A stretch of DNA of 64,000 nt, taken from the NCBI GenBank assembly GCA_021846045.1, contig JAJZCM010000003.1, positions 23,604 to 87,603 on the forward strand. The letters are read 5' to 3'. Origin of the DNA: a bacterium (lineage in GTDB: Bacteria > Elusimicrobiota > Elusimicrobia > UBA1565 > UBA9628). Positions 1-9,378 of the stretch are shown here, in pieces; position 1 is the stretch's first letter; every line of letters starts with the position of its first letter. A model generated the notes under the pieces. It saw nothing but the letters and a program-made list of their open reading frames with translations. It was not told the DNA's origin and made no database searches. A program made the translations under genes and the position numbers.

Positions 1-20
1 CCGTCGGATGAACCTCGTAG

Positions 21-314
21 CGGCTTGCCATCTCTGACGACGAGCTGGCTTTCTATGATGCTCTGGAGACCAACGACAGCGCGGTCAAAGTTCTCGGCGA
101 TGATACGCTTCGCACAATCGCCCGCGAGTTGGTTGAGACGGTCCGAAAGAATACGACGATAGACTGGACCGTCAAGGAGAGCGTGCGGGCAAAGTTGCGA
201 ATTCTCGTCAAACGCATCCTCCTAAAGCACGGATACCCGCCCGATAAGCAAGAGACCGCGACGAAGACCGTTCTTGAGCAGGCGCAAGTCATTTGCAAGG
301 ACTGGGCGGGTTAA
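21..314 (+). pseudogene. hsdR: C-terminal remnant of type I restriction enzyme R subunit (DUF3387-like)
   Basis: Frame reads [57 protein letters not shown]...GYPPDKQE, typical of the HsdR C-terminus. In-frame stops at 9-11 and 18-20 cut it off upstream. Confidence 0.8.
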
Positions 315-922
315 TTTCCAAAGAGGCGCAAAACGAAAACGGTTGAAAGCGGCATCCAGAGATTGTCGTTGAAATAAACTGTCGTCGGCAGAAACTCGAT
401 AAAAGCGCCGGTTGCGGCGGCGAGAGAGGAGGCTTGCGGCCCAAACCCCAGCCAAAGCCCGATGGCCAGGCAAACTAAAAAGCAGGCGAGAGTTCCTTCC
501 CAGGATTTCGGGCCGCTCCCTATCTTGTGTCGGCCCAGCCTTTTTCCGACCAAGGCCGCGGCCGCGTCTCCAAAAGCGGCGTAAAAAACCCCGGCTTTAA
601 CCAAGGCGGCGTCGGTTCCGTAAAAATAAAATAGAAGGAGAATTCCCAGGGCGGTGTGAAGGGCTCCGCTGATTTTTTTCTTTTCTTCCATCCTAGCTAG
701 GCCTGAAAACAACCGAAAGAGGGTTTCGTTGACCCCGGGTCGTTTAAGGCGCGTGATTTCAAGCAAAAACAGGGATGCCGTCCAGAGAGACATCCAAAAA
801 ATAATGCGGGGGTATCCAATCAGGATGAAAGCGGCAAGATAAAGGAGCGACAAGAGATGAAAGGCTTTTCTGCGAATTTCATCGGCGAGGGTTTGCGCGG
901 TTCTAAAGGGGCCTTCGTCCAT
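311..922 (-). CDS. Dolichol/phytol kinase-like membrane protein (CTP-dependent polyprenol kinase family)
   Basis: [27 protein letters not shown] and DNLWMP motifs; multiple TM helices. Confidence 0.8.
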   Translation of the reverse strand: MDEGPFRTAQTLADEIRRKAFHLLSLLYLAAFILIGYPRIIFWMSLWTASLFLLEITRLKRPGVNETLFRLFSGLARMEEKKKISGALHTALGILLLFYFYGTDAALVKAGVFYAAFGDAAAALVGKRLGRHKIGSGPKSWEGTLACFLVCLAIGLWLGFGPQASSLAAATGAFIEFLPTTVYFNDNLWMPLSTVFVLRLFGN

Positions 923-932
923 GGAAAGAAAA

Positions 933-2093
933 TTACTTGAAGCGCGACAGGCGGAAGCGCTGGAGGTTTACGGACGGCTTTCCAGCGAGAATCCAATCCG
1001 ATAAAATTTTTCCTATCGCGGGTGCGAGGGAAAAGCCTTTCCCGTTGAAGCCTGCGGCGATATAGGCGTTGGGGAAATTTCGCAGCTTGTCGACGATGAA
1101 ATCGCCGTCCTTGGTGGCGTCGAAGTGGCAAAGGGAGGTCTCGGATTCGGAATAGGAGGCGATGTCGGGAATGTATTTTTTGAGAAAAGCGCGGCATTTT
1201 TTTTCAACGGAAGGGGGTGGGGCTTTGAGCTTGTCTTCATCGGGGTCTCCGAAGGGGCCGGGTTTGTAATCGATGATCTTCATGTAGCCGTGAACGTGCA
1301 TCGGGAATCCGCAAAAGCCCAAGGCGGTCAAGCGGAACACCGAAAAATGTTCTAGGCGGAATCTCCCGGGGTTTTGCGGAGGCTTGAGATAAATCTGGAA
1401 CTGCCGGGTTGGGCGCAGCGGGATGCGGTAGTCCTTGAGTATCTTGGGACTCCAGATGCCGGTCGTGAAAATAAAATTTTCAGCTTCCCAGGTTTTTCCG
1501 TTCGAGTCCTTGACTCCCTTGAGCTTGCCGGAGTTGTCCTTGATTAGGGACGCCACTTTGGAGCGCCCGTGGATGACCGCTCCTTCTTTTTGCGCCAAGG
1601 CCGCGATCAGAGACAATGCTCTCTGCGCCCAGATAAATCCTCCGTCTGGATGAAAGAGGGCGCCCTTAAGAGCGCGGGCGTTGAAGACTCCGTGTTCGCG
1701 CGGGAGGTTTTTTTTGTCGATCCACTCCGCGCGGATTTTCATTTTTTTGAGAGTCTCAAAGCTGTGCGTCTCAAAACCTGGAATCTTGCTGGCCAAATCC
1801 AGAAATCCGGTCTGGGAAAAAATAGTCTGCCCGCTTTCAGCGTTGAGTTTAAGCCAGAAGGGAAGAGCTGTCCGGGCCAACTCCGTGTAAAAAAAGTCTT
1901 TTCCGTGAGTTAGATAGAAGGCCCGCATGTGGTCGCCGGAGGGGGCCTTGAAATTGGGAACTTCGGCCTGGTCCAAAACGACGACTTTTTTGTGGTTTGA
2001 ACTCAGCCAATAGGCGAGGGTAAGCCCGACGACTCCTCCTCCAACGATGACGGCATCCAGTGCGGGGGAAGAGAGCGGTTTTAAGTTTTTCAT
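933..2093 (-). CDS. FAD-dependent oxidoreductase, monomeric sarcosine oxidase/SolA-like
   Basis: GGGVVG Rossmann motif; CHFDATKDGDFIVD (Cys at the flavinylation position of MSOX-like enzymes); GFNGKGFSLAPAIG. Confidence 0.85.
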   Translation of the reverse strand: MKNLKPLSSPALDAVIVGGGVVGLTLAYWLSSNHKKVVVLDQAEVPNFKAPSGDHMRAFYLTHGKDFFYTELARTALPFWLKLNAESGQTIFSQTGFLDLASKIPGFETHSFETLKKMKIRAEWIDKKNLPREHGVFNARALKGALFHPDGGFIWAQRALSLIAALAQKEGAVIHGRSKVASLIKDNSGKLKGVKDSNGKTWEAENFIFTTGIWSPKILKDYRIPLRPTRQFQIYLKPPQNPGRFRLEHFSVFRLTALGFCGFPMHVHGYMKIIDYKPGPFGDPDEDKLKAPPPSVEKKCRAFLKKYIPDIASYSESETSLCHFDATKDGDFIVDKLRNFPNAYIAAGFNGKGFSLAPAIGKILSDWILAGKPSVNLQRFRLSRFK

Positions 2094-3067
2094 CCGCCCC
2101 GGCGCTTCTTGATTTCGGCGACGATGAGGGGAATCATCTCATAGAGGTCGCCGGCGACCGACAAAGAAGCGGTTTTCATCATGGGGCATTCGGGATCGGT
2201 GTTTAAGGCAACGATGGTGCTGGAGGAAGACATGCCCGCCAGATGCTGGATTTGTCCCGAGATTCCGCAGGCCATGTAAAGCTTGGGGTGAACCGTTTTC
2301 CCGGTTAAGCCCACTTGATGGCTATAGGTAATCCACCCCGCGTCAACGGCCGCGCGGGAAGCCCCCACCGCGGCTTTAAGGGTCTCGGCGAGTTCTCGGA
2401 TGATTTTAAAGCCTTCCGCGTTTCCCAAGCCCCGTCCGCCGCTGACGATACGCTCAGCTGTGCCGAGATCGATTTCGGAGGAAGCCTCGGGCTGAAAGGA
2501 AACGTACTCCATTTTGGCCTCCTGGGGCGCAAAAGGGATGGGGACGATTTCGGGCGTGGCTGCATTTTTTTCCGCCTGTGGGAAAACCATGGGTAAAACG
2601 ATGAACAGGGCCGTTTCCTGGGCTACGGAGACGGTGGCCAGGGCGTTTCCGCTGTAGGCCGCGCGCTTGGCTTGAATCTTGCCGTTAGCCATGGTGATTT
2701 CGGTAATGTCAACGGCTAGGCCCGCTTTGAGACGCGCGCTCATCAAGGCCGCGAGGGATTTCCCAAAAATCGTCCCCGGAAAAAGAATCGCGCCGAATTT
2801 GTTTCCCTCGAGGATTTTTGAAATCGCCTGCGCGTGGATTTCGTCATTATTGGTCGCAAGCGCCGGGTGTTCGACGGCGAAAATTTTCTCGACGCCGGAA
2901 ACGGAGAGGTTCTTGGCCAGAGTTTGGGCCTTGTCTCCACAAACGGCGGCAAAGACCTTGCCTTGGGATTGTGCGGCGAGATTTTTTGCGACGCTCAAGA
3001 CTTCAAAGGCGCTGGAGGGAAGAGATCCCTGCTGCGGCAAACAAACGGCGAGAATTTGGTTTTCCAT
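2090..3067 (-). CDS. etfA: Electron transfer flavoprotein alpha subunit
   Basis: IVSGGRGLG, AVGASRAAVDAGW, QVGLTGKTV, GISGQIQHLAGM. Confidence 0.97.
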   Translation of the reverse strand: MENQILAVCLPQQGSLPSSAFEVLSVAKNLAAQSQGKVFAAVCGDKAQTLAKNLSVSGVEKIFAVEHPALATNNDEIHAQAISKILEGNKFGAILFPGTIFGKSLAALMSARLKAGLAVDITEITMANGKIQAKRAAYSGNALATVSVAQETALFIVLPMVFPQAEKNAATPEIVPIPFAPQEAKMEYVSFQPEASSEIDLGTAERIVSGGRGLGNAEGFKIIRELAETLKAAVGASRAAVDAGWITYSHQVGLTGKTVHPKLYMACGISGQIQHLAGMSSSSTIVALNTDPECPMMKTASLSVAGDLYEMIPLIVAEIKKRRGG

Positions 3068-3873
3068 TAGACAAGTTTCCTTTCAACGAGAATATCAACG
3101 AGCTTCTTCGCTTTTTCAGCGGCGCTTGAGCCCTCGATTTTAAGCCCGGCCGGCCTGGGGGGCGGGGCGGAAAATTTCTCAATTTTAAGGGGCTCTAAGA
3201 CCCCGCTAAAATCCTCGGCTTTAAGGCCGACGTCCGCGGCTGTCCATTTGGGAATGACGGATTTCTTGGAGGCCATTTTGCCCTTAAGAGACGGCAGCCT
3301 AGGCTCATTGATTTCCTTGAGCGTACCGACGCAGGCCGGAAGTTTGAGCTTTAAAACATCGACCCCGTTTTCCATTGCCCGCCAAACGACGGCCTCGGCC
3401 GCATTGATTGAATCAATTTTTTTGACCGAAATGGCCGCCGGCCAGTTAAGCCATCCGGCGATTTGAGAGGCGGTCACTCCGGCATTTCCGTCGCTGGCGT
3501 TTTTCCCGAATAAGACCAAATGGATGGGGCTCTCCGCGTGAATTTTTTTAAGCGCTTGGGCCAAGGCGTGGCTGGTTCCGTAGGAATTATGGGCGTCGCA
3601 TTCCGGGATGTTGAGCCACACGGCTTTGTCCGCGCCGCGGGCGATAGCTTCTCGAAGAACTCCTTCCGTGTGGTCCGGCCCCAGGGAAAGGGCGGTGACG
3701 CTTGATCCCGCGTTTTTTTCCTTGATGCGGACGGCTTCCTCAACTGCGTATTCATCAAAGGGATTCATGGCGAAAGACAATCCCGCCGTTTTTATTTTTC
3801 CGGCGGCTTCATCAATTGCGATGTTGACGGTGGTGGGCGTACTTTTGACGCAGACGACAATGTGAAGACTCAT
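3067..3873 (-). CDS. etfB: Electron transfer flavoprotein beta subunit
   Basis: IVVCVK, MNPFDEYAVEEAVRIKE, INEPRLPSLKG; adjacent to etfA. Confidence 0.97.
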   Translation of the reverse strand: MSLHIVVCVKSTPTTVNIAIDEAAGKIKTAGLSFAMNPFDEYAVEEAVRIKEKNAGSSVTALSLGPDHTEGVLREAIARGADKAVWLNIPECDAHNSYGTSHALAQALKKIHAESPIHLVLFGKNASDGNAGVTASQIAGWLNWPAAISVKKIDSINAAEAVVWRAMENGVDVLKLKLPACVGTLKEINEPRLPSLKGKMASKKSVIPKWTAADVGLKAEDFSGVLEPLKIEKFSAPPPRPAGLKIEGSSAAEKAKKLVDILVERKLV

Positions 3874-3906
3874 GGCTTTTCTCCTTAGGCGTTGTCATGA
3901 AAAACG

Positions 3907-3990
3907 TGGTTGGGATAGGATTCGAACCTATGTAGGGCAGGGCCCGACGGTTTTACAGACCGTTGCTTTTGACCGCTCAGCCACCCAACC
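3907..3990 (-). tRNA. tRNA-Tyr (GTA)
   Basis: Reverse complement GGTTGGGTGGCTGAGCGGTCAAAAGC-ACGGT CTGTAAA ACCGT-...GGTTCGAATCC-TATCCCAACCA; long variable arm; CCA tail not encoded. Confidence 0.95.
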
Positions 3991-4102
3991 GAAAGCAATT
4001 TCCTATATCCGCTTGGGTGACTGCTCGCTGCCGCTCGCCGCCACCCAACCGAAAAACAGCCCTATTAACGAAATTTTACTTTTTTAATGAAGAAGAAGCC
4101 AA

Positions 4103-6289
4103 TTAGATTTTCCGATGCGTGAGCGTTTTAAGAAAGGAGCTAAATTGCCGCTTTTGATCGGCCTTGGGCAGGCTGCGCTTGATGGCCTTAAAGACTGAAA
4201 TAAGAGATTTTTTTGATAGCCTAGAATTTTTTTTGAGCGCCCACAATTTCCGGCTTAAAGTAATCGCCATGGGAAGAGCATTGGGGGTTTCGGCGAATTG
4301 ATTCCACCAATTAATGAGCGCCTGATTATCTTTCAATCCTTGATAAGCTGAAACGGCTTGGCTGATGCGCTTGTCCTCAAACGGTTTTGAAGCCCAAACG
4401 CCGCTTTTTTGCGGCAGGCTTGTGATTTTCCCCAACGCGACGGCTTTGGCCAATAAAATCGCGGACTCAACTTCCTCCGGCTTGGGGTATTTCAAGGCGT
4501 AAACCCATCCGGATTGAACGTAGGCGTCAAAGCCCGCTTCTTTTAGTAAGGAGGACGCGCGGTTGTTTTCCGAATCTTGAAAAACCAAAAGGACGGTTCC
4601 TTGAGCTTGAAGGGTTCCCTGATCCGCGAAAAAGACGGGACGCTTGGTATTTTCCGATGCGCGTTTTAAAGCTTGAAACAAAAAGGCGACGGCGGACGCG
4701 TAAATTCTCTCGGTCCAATAGCTCAGAATCTTGGAATCGGCCAAGGACGCCGGGGCGGCCTTGAGTGTGCGGGTCAAGTCCGAAAGGCCTTGAATGCCGG
4801 AAGAGTCTCCGCTCAAACTTTCATAGGCTTTAGCCAAATTTTCCGCAGCCCGGGCGGAGGGGGCGCGTTTGAAATCAAAATAGGGACCGGTGAGAGAGCG
4901 AAGGTCGAGAAAAACAACGGAGGAACCCGGAAGCTGGCCGCCGGAATTTTTATCCAAGAAGCGGAGAATTCCTTGAAACGCGGGGGTGTGGGTTTTAAAT
5001 TCAATTCCATTTCCAAAATTGACGCGCGTGGGTTCTCGTAGTAAAGAAACGACGCGCCAAAACCAATTCCATAATCTGCGTCCCGCGATTCGGACTGAGT
5101 ATTGGGCCGCAGTCCAGGCGGCGGCAAGAGGAGATTTTCTCCCCAGGTTTCTTTCCAAATCATAAAAGGCCTTCCAGCTGATGGCGACGGTCGGCGAAAA
5201 AACCTTCTGGGCTCCGAAAACTAAAGCCAGGTTGCCCGCTTGGGAAAAATCTCGCGGCAAGAATTTGAGCGAGAGGGTCGCAAGCTCAAAAGGCGGTAAG
5301 ACTGCCTTGAATTGTCCCGAAGGCATTTTTTCCATGCGCAGGCTGGAATTAACTTGAACCCGTGCGTCCGTTTCTTGGGGAGCAGATTTCTTGAGGTTTT
5401 GAAGATAGCTTCGGGTTTCCGTCCAGTTTAAGATGATCGGTTTTTTCCGGATTCCCAAAAGACCGTTCCAAGATTCAAAGGCCTTGAGACCGCGCGCAAA
5501 GAGAGAATCTCTTCGGTTGAGCGCCGCTTCGGCGGTGGATTTTAATAGCCCGGGCAGGGATTTTTCCGCTTTGATCAACGCTGATTGAAGGATGGCGCGC
5601 TTAAATTGAGAAGCGATTGCGCGGACGAGTTCTCCCTTTTTGACTGCCTTATCCGTCGTTGAAAGAGCTGATTTAAACAAAAGCGGCGCGTCATAAGCGG
5701 AGGCGGAAGCGGCAACGGAAGCCGCCTGATAGACGCGGTCAAAGGCATTTTCCGCTTTTCCTGGAACTTGAGGCGAAGAGGTTTTTTTGCGGCGCTTGGG
5801 GCTGGCGGCCTCGCGGTCGAAAATTTTTCGCAATTGATTTTGAAGCGCTTCGACGTCTTCGGGATTGGCGTTTTGAATAGAGTTAAGGCTTGGCTCTCTC
5901 GCCGTCCAAGCCTGATTGCTTGGGGGAATTCCAACCGGAAGATTTTTACTTTTGGCTTGGGTTTGAAAAAGCGAGCGGCGGGCTACGGCTTTGGCTGGAG
6001 ACTTATCTAGTGAAGGCGAGACCTTCGTTTTCTGCGTTTGGGGCGACGTCTTGGCTTGGGCCGGCAAAATGATTTGAGCGTTTTGAGCCTGGACGCTGGG
6101 CAGAGATTCAGACCCGGACGGCAAGGCGTTTTGAACCGGATTTTCTTGAATCCCCAAGTCCTGGTCGGGCGTTTGGGGCTGGGAAAGAACGGGCGAATTG
6201 TCGCTTGAGGGGGTTTCTGTTTCGACGTTCTGAGGCACGGCCTGAGCCTTCCAAGAAGTCAGGCAAAAGAATAGGAAGAGAAACCGCAT
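4103..6289 (-). CDS. Hypothetical secreted protein with Pro/Ser/Gln-rich N-terminal linker
   Basis: 728-aa ORF with signal peptide MRFLFLFFCLTSWKAQA; no recognised domain. Confidence 0.7.
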   Translation of the reverse strand: MRFLFLFFCLTSWKAQAVPQNVETETPSSDNSPVLSQPQTPDQDLGIQENPVQNALPSGSESLPSVQAQNAQIILPAQAKTSPQTQKTKVSPSLDKSPAKAVARRSLFQTQAKSKNLPVGIPPSNQAWTAREPSLNSIQNANPEDVEALQNQLRKIFDREAASPKRRKKTSSPQVPGKAENAFDRVYQAASVAASASAYDAPLLFKSALSTTDKAVKKGELVRAIASQFKRAILQSALIKAEKSLPGLLKSTAEAALNRRDSLFARGLKAFESWNGLLGIRKKPIILNWTETRSYLQNLKKSAPQETDARVQVNSSLRMEKMPSGQFKAVLPPFELATLSLKFLPRDFSQAGNLALVFGAQKVFSPTVAISWKAFYDLERNLGRKSPLAAAWTAAQYSVRIAGRRLWNWFWRVVSLLREPTRVNFGNGIEFKTHTPAFQGILRFLDKNSGGQLPGSSVVFLDLRSLTGPYFDFKRAPSARAAENLAKAYESLSGDSSGIQGLSDLTRTLKAAPASLADSKILSYWTERIYASAVAFLFQALKRASENTKRPVFFADQGTLQAQGTVLLVFQDSENNRASSLLKEAGFDAYVQSGWVYALKYPKPEEVESAILLAKAVALGKITSLPQKSGVWASKPFEDKRISQAVSAYQGLKDNQALINWWNQFAETPNALPMAITLSRKLWALKKNSRLSKKSLISVFKAIKRSLPKADQKRQFSSFLKTLTHRKI

Positions 6290-6293
6290 CCTT

Positions 6294-8318
6294 TTATTGT
6301 ATCAGAGTTGGGCGCTGGCGCGCGTGGTGTGAAAGGACATAAAGGCAGATTCCGCTGATGCAGCGCAGAGGCCGGAGATTTTTTAAAAGGCCATCCATCA
6401 AGCGGTCGGCCTTTTCATAATAAGCCTGCTCAGCGGAGTTCCCCTTGTAGTTTCCAATGTAAGGATTGTAGAGAATATGAGTAAACCCCAATTCCCGCAA
6501 TTTTTTTTGCAATTGCCGCGAGCTTGTGATGGAGGAGTAATTTAAAACGCCCGGGTTTAAGGGGTCGCCCCAAGCGTACGGACGGTTGAGATAATAGCCC
6601 CGGACGTCGCGAAAAAGAAAAATTTTGGAATTGGCGGGCAGATGATTGGCCAGTTGGCTGAGGGAATAGAGAGGGCCCAGGCTTTTTTCAAGGTAATGTT
6701 CATCTGGAGGTTCCGTCGCCGCGTCGATATTAAAAAGAGCGTACATCTCATTATTAGCGGACAAATTTTTCAAGGGCCAAAGTCCGATAAGCAGAGCCGA
6801 GAGCGCGATAATTCGGAAAGACGCTTTTTTCTTGATCAATGCTGAACTCCAGGCGCCGATTAAAACCGCCAAGACAGCGGAGGCGGGCAGAAAATAGCGC
6901 CAATCTTGGTAAACCAAAAACCATTCCGTGTAGAAAAAGAAAACGAAAAGAAGCGTCTTCTTCTCGGCGGGCCTCAATTCTCGTGAACTTCGGGCGGCCA
7001 ACAAAATGAAAAAAGGAATCATCATCCATTGCGGATGATGAAGAAATTTTTGCGGCTCGGAAATGAGGAGAAAGGGAACGCTGAGATAATGAATGAAGGT
7101 CTTAGAGACCCCTTCCGTTACGGAGTCGGCCAAGCGCTTCCAAGCCGCGATGTCCGCTTGCCCGGCATGAAACCATTGTCCCAAATAAGGCCAAAATGGG
7201 TTTCCAGTTTGAACCCAGTTTTTCAGATACCAGGGAAATCCGAAAAGAAGGGCTCCGCCGGAATAGAGAAAAACTTCTTTTCCTTTTTCGCGGGTGGAAA
7301 CGGAATCTTGAATCAAAACGAGAAGGCCCAAGGCCGCAATGGCCCACAGCCCGGTAATTTTCGCGTCGGCGGCAAGGCCGCTGAGGATTCCAGAAAGAAA
7401 CAAAAGTCGCCGGCGCCGTGAAGGCTCTTTTTCCTCGGAGGAAACAAGGAAAACAAACAAGGCTGCCGCGATCGTTTGAGCAATGTTGAGATCGGTTTCC
7501 GCGTTGCCGATGACTCGCTGAAACAAGGGTTGAACCGATAGAAGAGCGCAGGAAATTTCCGCGGCTTTGGGGCCGAAAAACCGCCGGGCCATCAGCCAAA
7601 CCAAGGCCAAGAGCCCGAGCCCGTTGATGAAATTTACGGCGTGGGCGGCGCGAGCTCCTGTTAAGGCCAAGCATAAAAGATAAATCATTTCCGTGTTAAG
7701 GGGGTAATGGGCGTTGGCGGCCCAGCGGATGTCCAAAAAGGCCTTGTGGCTTAGAAAAATTTTAGGAAGCGCCAGATGATAGGCGAGCGAGTCCCAATCC
7801 GTGTCCGGGGCCGAAGCGCAGATAAAGCCTCTTAAAAGCGCGGCGAAAAGAACCGTCCAGGAAAGGATGGATAACCAATCTCTTTCTTTCCAAAAAGCGT
7901 CCTTGATTTTTCGAGCGGAAGCGATTAAAAAATCTCTTTCCCGCCAAGCGCCCCAAGCGAGAAAGATAAAAAGAATCGTCAATATTTTTTCCGCATAAAG
8001 AGAAAGAAGTCCCAAGGCCAAGAGGATGAGAGAAACGATGCCTTCCCCGAGGATCAAGGATAGCCACGATTGTTCCGTTAAATCCAGCGGGGTTTCGGAA
8101 ATCCTCAAAATTCTTAAAAGGCCGCGGCCCACGGATAAAAAACCGAGGGCCAAAACCCCCGCAAAAACGGCGCTCAGCGCGAAATGAAGCGAGCCTATAA
8201 GGCTTCTTGGCGTCAAGAACTGGGGGTGGGCAAAAAGATAAGCCAGGAAATAACGGCTTTGCAATAAAGTAAAGCTGGAGGCGAGAAAAAAAGAGAGAAA
8301 TAGATTCTTTCTTGGCAA
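6294..8318 (-). CDS. Polytopic membrane glycosyltransferase (ArnT/PMT, GT-C superfamily-like)
   Basis: DWDSLAYHLALPK and TGNPFWPY motifs, many TMs. Start placed at TTG 8318, just after the mltB stop, rather than 8462. Confidence 0.7.
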   Translation of the reverse strand: MPRKNLFLSFFLASSFTLLQSRYFLAYLFAHPQFLTPRSLIGSLHFALSAVFAGVLALGFLSVGRGLLRILRISETPLDLTEQSWLSLILGEGIVSLILLALGLLSLYAEKILTILFIFLAWGAWRERDFLIASARKIKDAFWKERDWLSILSWTVLFAALLRGFICASAPDTDWDSLAYHLALPKIFLSHKAFLDIRWAANAHYPLNTEMIYLLCLALTGARAAHAVNFINGLGLLALVWLMARRFFGPKAAEISCALLSVQPLFQRVIGNAETDLNIAQTIAAALFVFLVSSEEKEPSRRRRLLFLSGILSGLAADAKITGLWAIAALGLLVLIQDSVSTREKGKEVFLYSGGALLFGFPWYLKNWVQTGNPFWPYLGQWFHAGQADIAAWKRLADSVTEGVSKTFIHYLSVPFLLISEPQKFLHHPQWMMIPFFILLAARSSRELRPAEKKTLLFVFFFYTEWFLVYQDWRYFLPASAVLAVLIGAWSSALIKKKASFRIIALSALLIGLWPLKNLSANNEMYALFNIDAATEPPDEHYLEKSLGPLYSLSQLANHLPANSKIFLFRDVRGYYLNRPYAWGDPLNPGVLNYSSITSSRQLQKKLRELGFTHILYNPYIGNYKGNSAEQAYYEKADRLMDGLLKNLRPLRCISGICLYVLSHHARQRPTLIQ

Positions 8319-8322
8319 CGCC

Positions 8323-9246
8323 TTAATTATTGTTCGAGAGCTTCTGGGAAATTTTTGCGCGCAGTTCCAAGATGGCTCGAACGTAGTTGTCGGAAGGATT
8401 GTAGGCGTAAATGGAATTCCAAACGGCGGAGCCTTGGCCATAACCCCCGGGGGCGTATCCATGGGCGATCAAATAATGGGAGACGCTGGCCAAAACATCG
8501 GGCCAAGTTTTCCAATCCTTGAGTCCATCCCCGTCGAAATCGACGGCGTAGGCGTTGTAGCTGGACGGCATGAATTGAAAGTAGCCGAAAGCTCCGGCGT
8601 AGGAGCCGTCCACGGATTGCGGCGGGATGCTTCCTTTGTAGCAAAGTTCCATGTAGGCCGCGAGTTCCTGGCGCGCCCAATCGGAAAGCGCCGGAATTTT
8701 AGCCGAAATGGTGTAAAGAGCGGAGATGACCGGAATGTTGCCGGTGACGTGTCCCCAACGCGTTTCAACTCCAACCAAACTCACCAAAACCAAGGGATCG
8801 ACCTGGTAGTCGCTTTGGATTTGGGTCAGAAGTTTCGCGTGTTTTTGATAAAAAGCGGCGCCATAATTGATGTTGGATTTGGTAATGAAGCGCTTGCGGT
8901 ATTCTTCATAGGGCATTTTCTCGGCGGAACGGTGGAATAGGGAAATAATGGCCGGGATAATCTTGGTTTTTGGGTTGAACAAGGCCTGGTGAACAAAGGA
9001 ATCGGGAACGCCGGTATTTGAAAGACGGTTGAGGATGTCCCGGTAAATGGTTTGCTTGCCGAGGGCTTTTTTGCTTTCGGTTAAATGGCCCAATGAGGAG
9101 GTCTTTTGTTTTAAGAGGACTTGGATCTGCCCCACTTGGTTAAAGAACGCGGAATCATTTTGCGGCAGGTTTACCGCTGATTGGACGGGGAGATTGCCGG
9201 CAAATAAAACGAAGACGAGTCCCAGAGACAATTTTTTGGTATTCAT
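8323..9246 (-). CDS. mltB: Lytic murein transglycosylase B-like
   Basis: VGVETRWG, GSYAGAFGYFQFMPSSY, AVDFDGDG, YAYNPSDNY. ATG 9246 has SD AAGGA; there is an alternative in-frame ATG at 9303. Confidence 0.9.
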   Translation of the reverse strand: MNTKKLSLGLVFVLFAGNLPVQSAVNLPQNDSAFFNQVGQIQVLLKQKTSSLGHLTESKKALGKQTIYRDILNRLSNTGVPDSFVHQALFNPKTKIIPAIISLFHRSAEKMPYEEYRKRFITKSNINYGAAFYQKHAKLLTQIQSDYQVDPLVLVSLVGVETRWGHVTGNIPVISALYTISAKIPALSDWARQELAAYMELCYKGSIPPQSVDGSYAGAFGYFQFMPSSYNAYAVDFDGDGLKDWKTWPDVLASVSHYLIAHGYAPGGYGQGSAVWNSIYAYNPSDNYVRAILELRAKISQKLSNNN

Positions 9247-9303
9247 GGTTTCCTTTTGAAACAAACTCCGGAGCCAACCATTTCCTCGCTTAAGCTTGGT
9301 CAT
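9240..9303 (-). repeat. 64-bp 5' cassette, copy 1 (copy 2 at 60553-60616)
   Basis: 61 of 64 nt identical to 60553-60616. Confidence 0.9.
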
Positions 9304-9378
9304 AGTTCAAGTCTAGCATACAAGACTTACACAAGGCCATTGGAAATTCCTATGATTATGGTGTTGCCAAGAAATAAT

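Noticed and set aside
3980..4054. Prophage/island att site at tRNA-Tyr
   Set aside because: The duplication covers the tRNA 5' end only 60 bp away, and there is no integrase.
8319..8462. Long N-terminal extension of the glycosyltransferase in the ORF track
   Set aside because: It overlaps the conserved mltB 3' end by 140 bp; a start near 8318 is more plausible.
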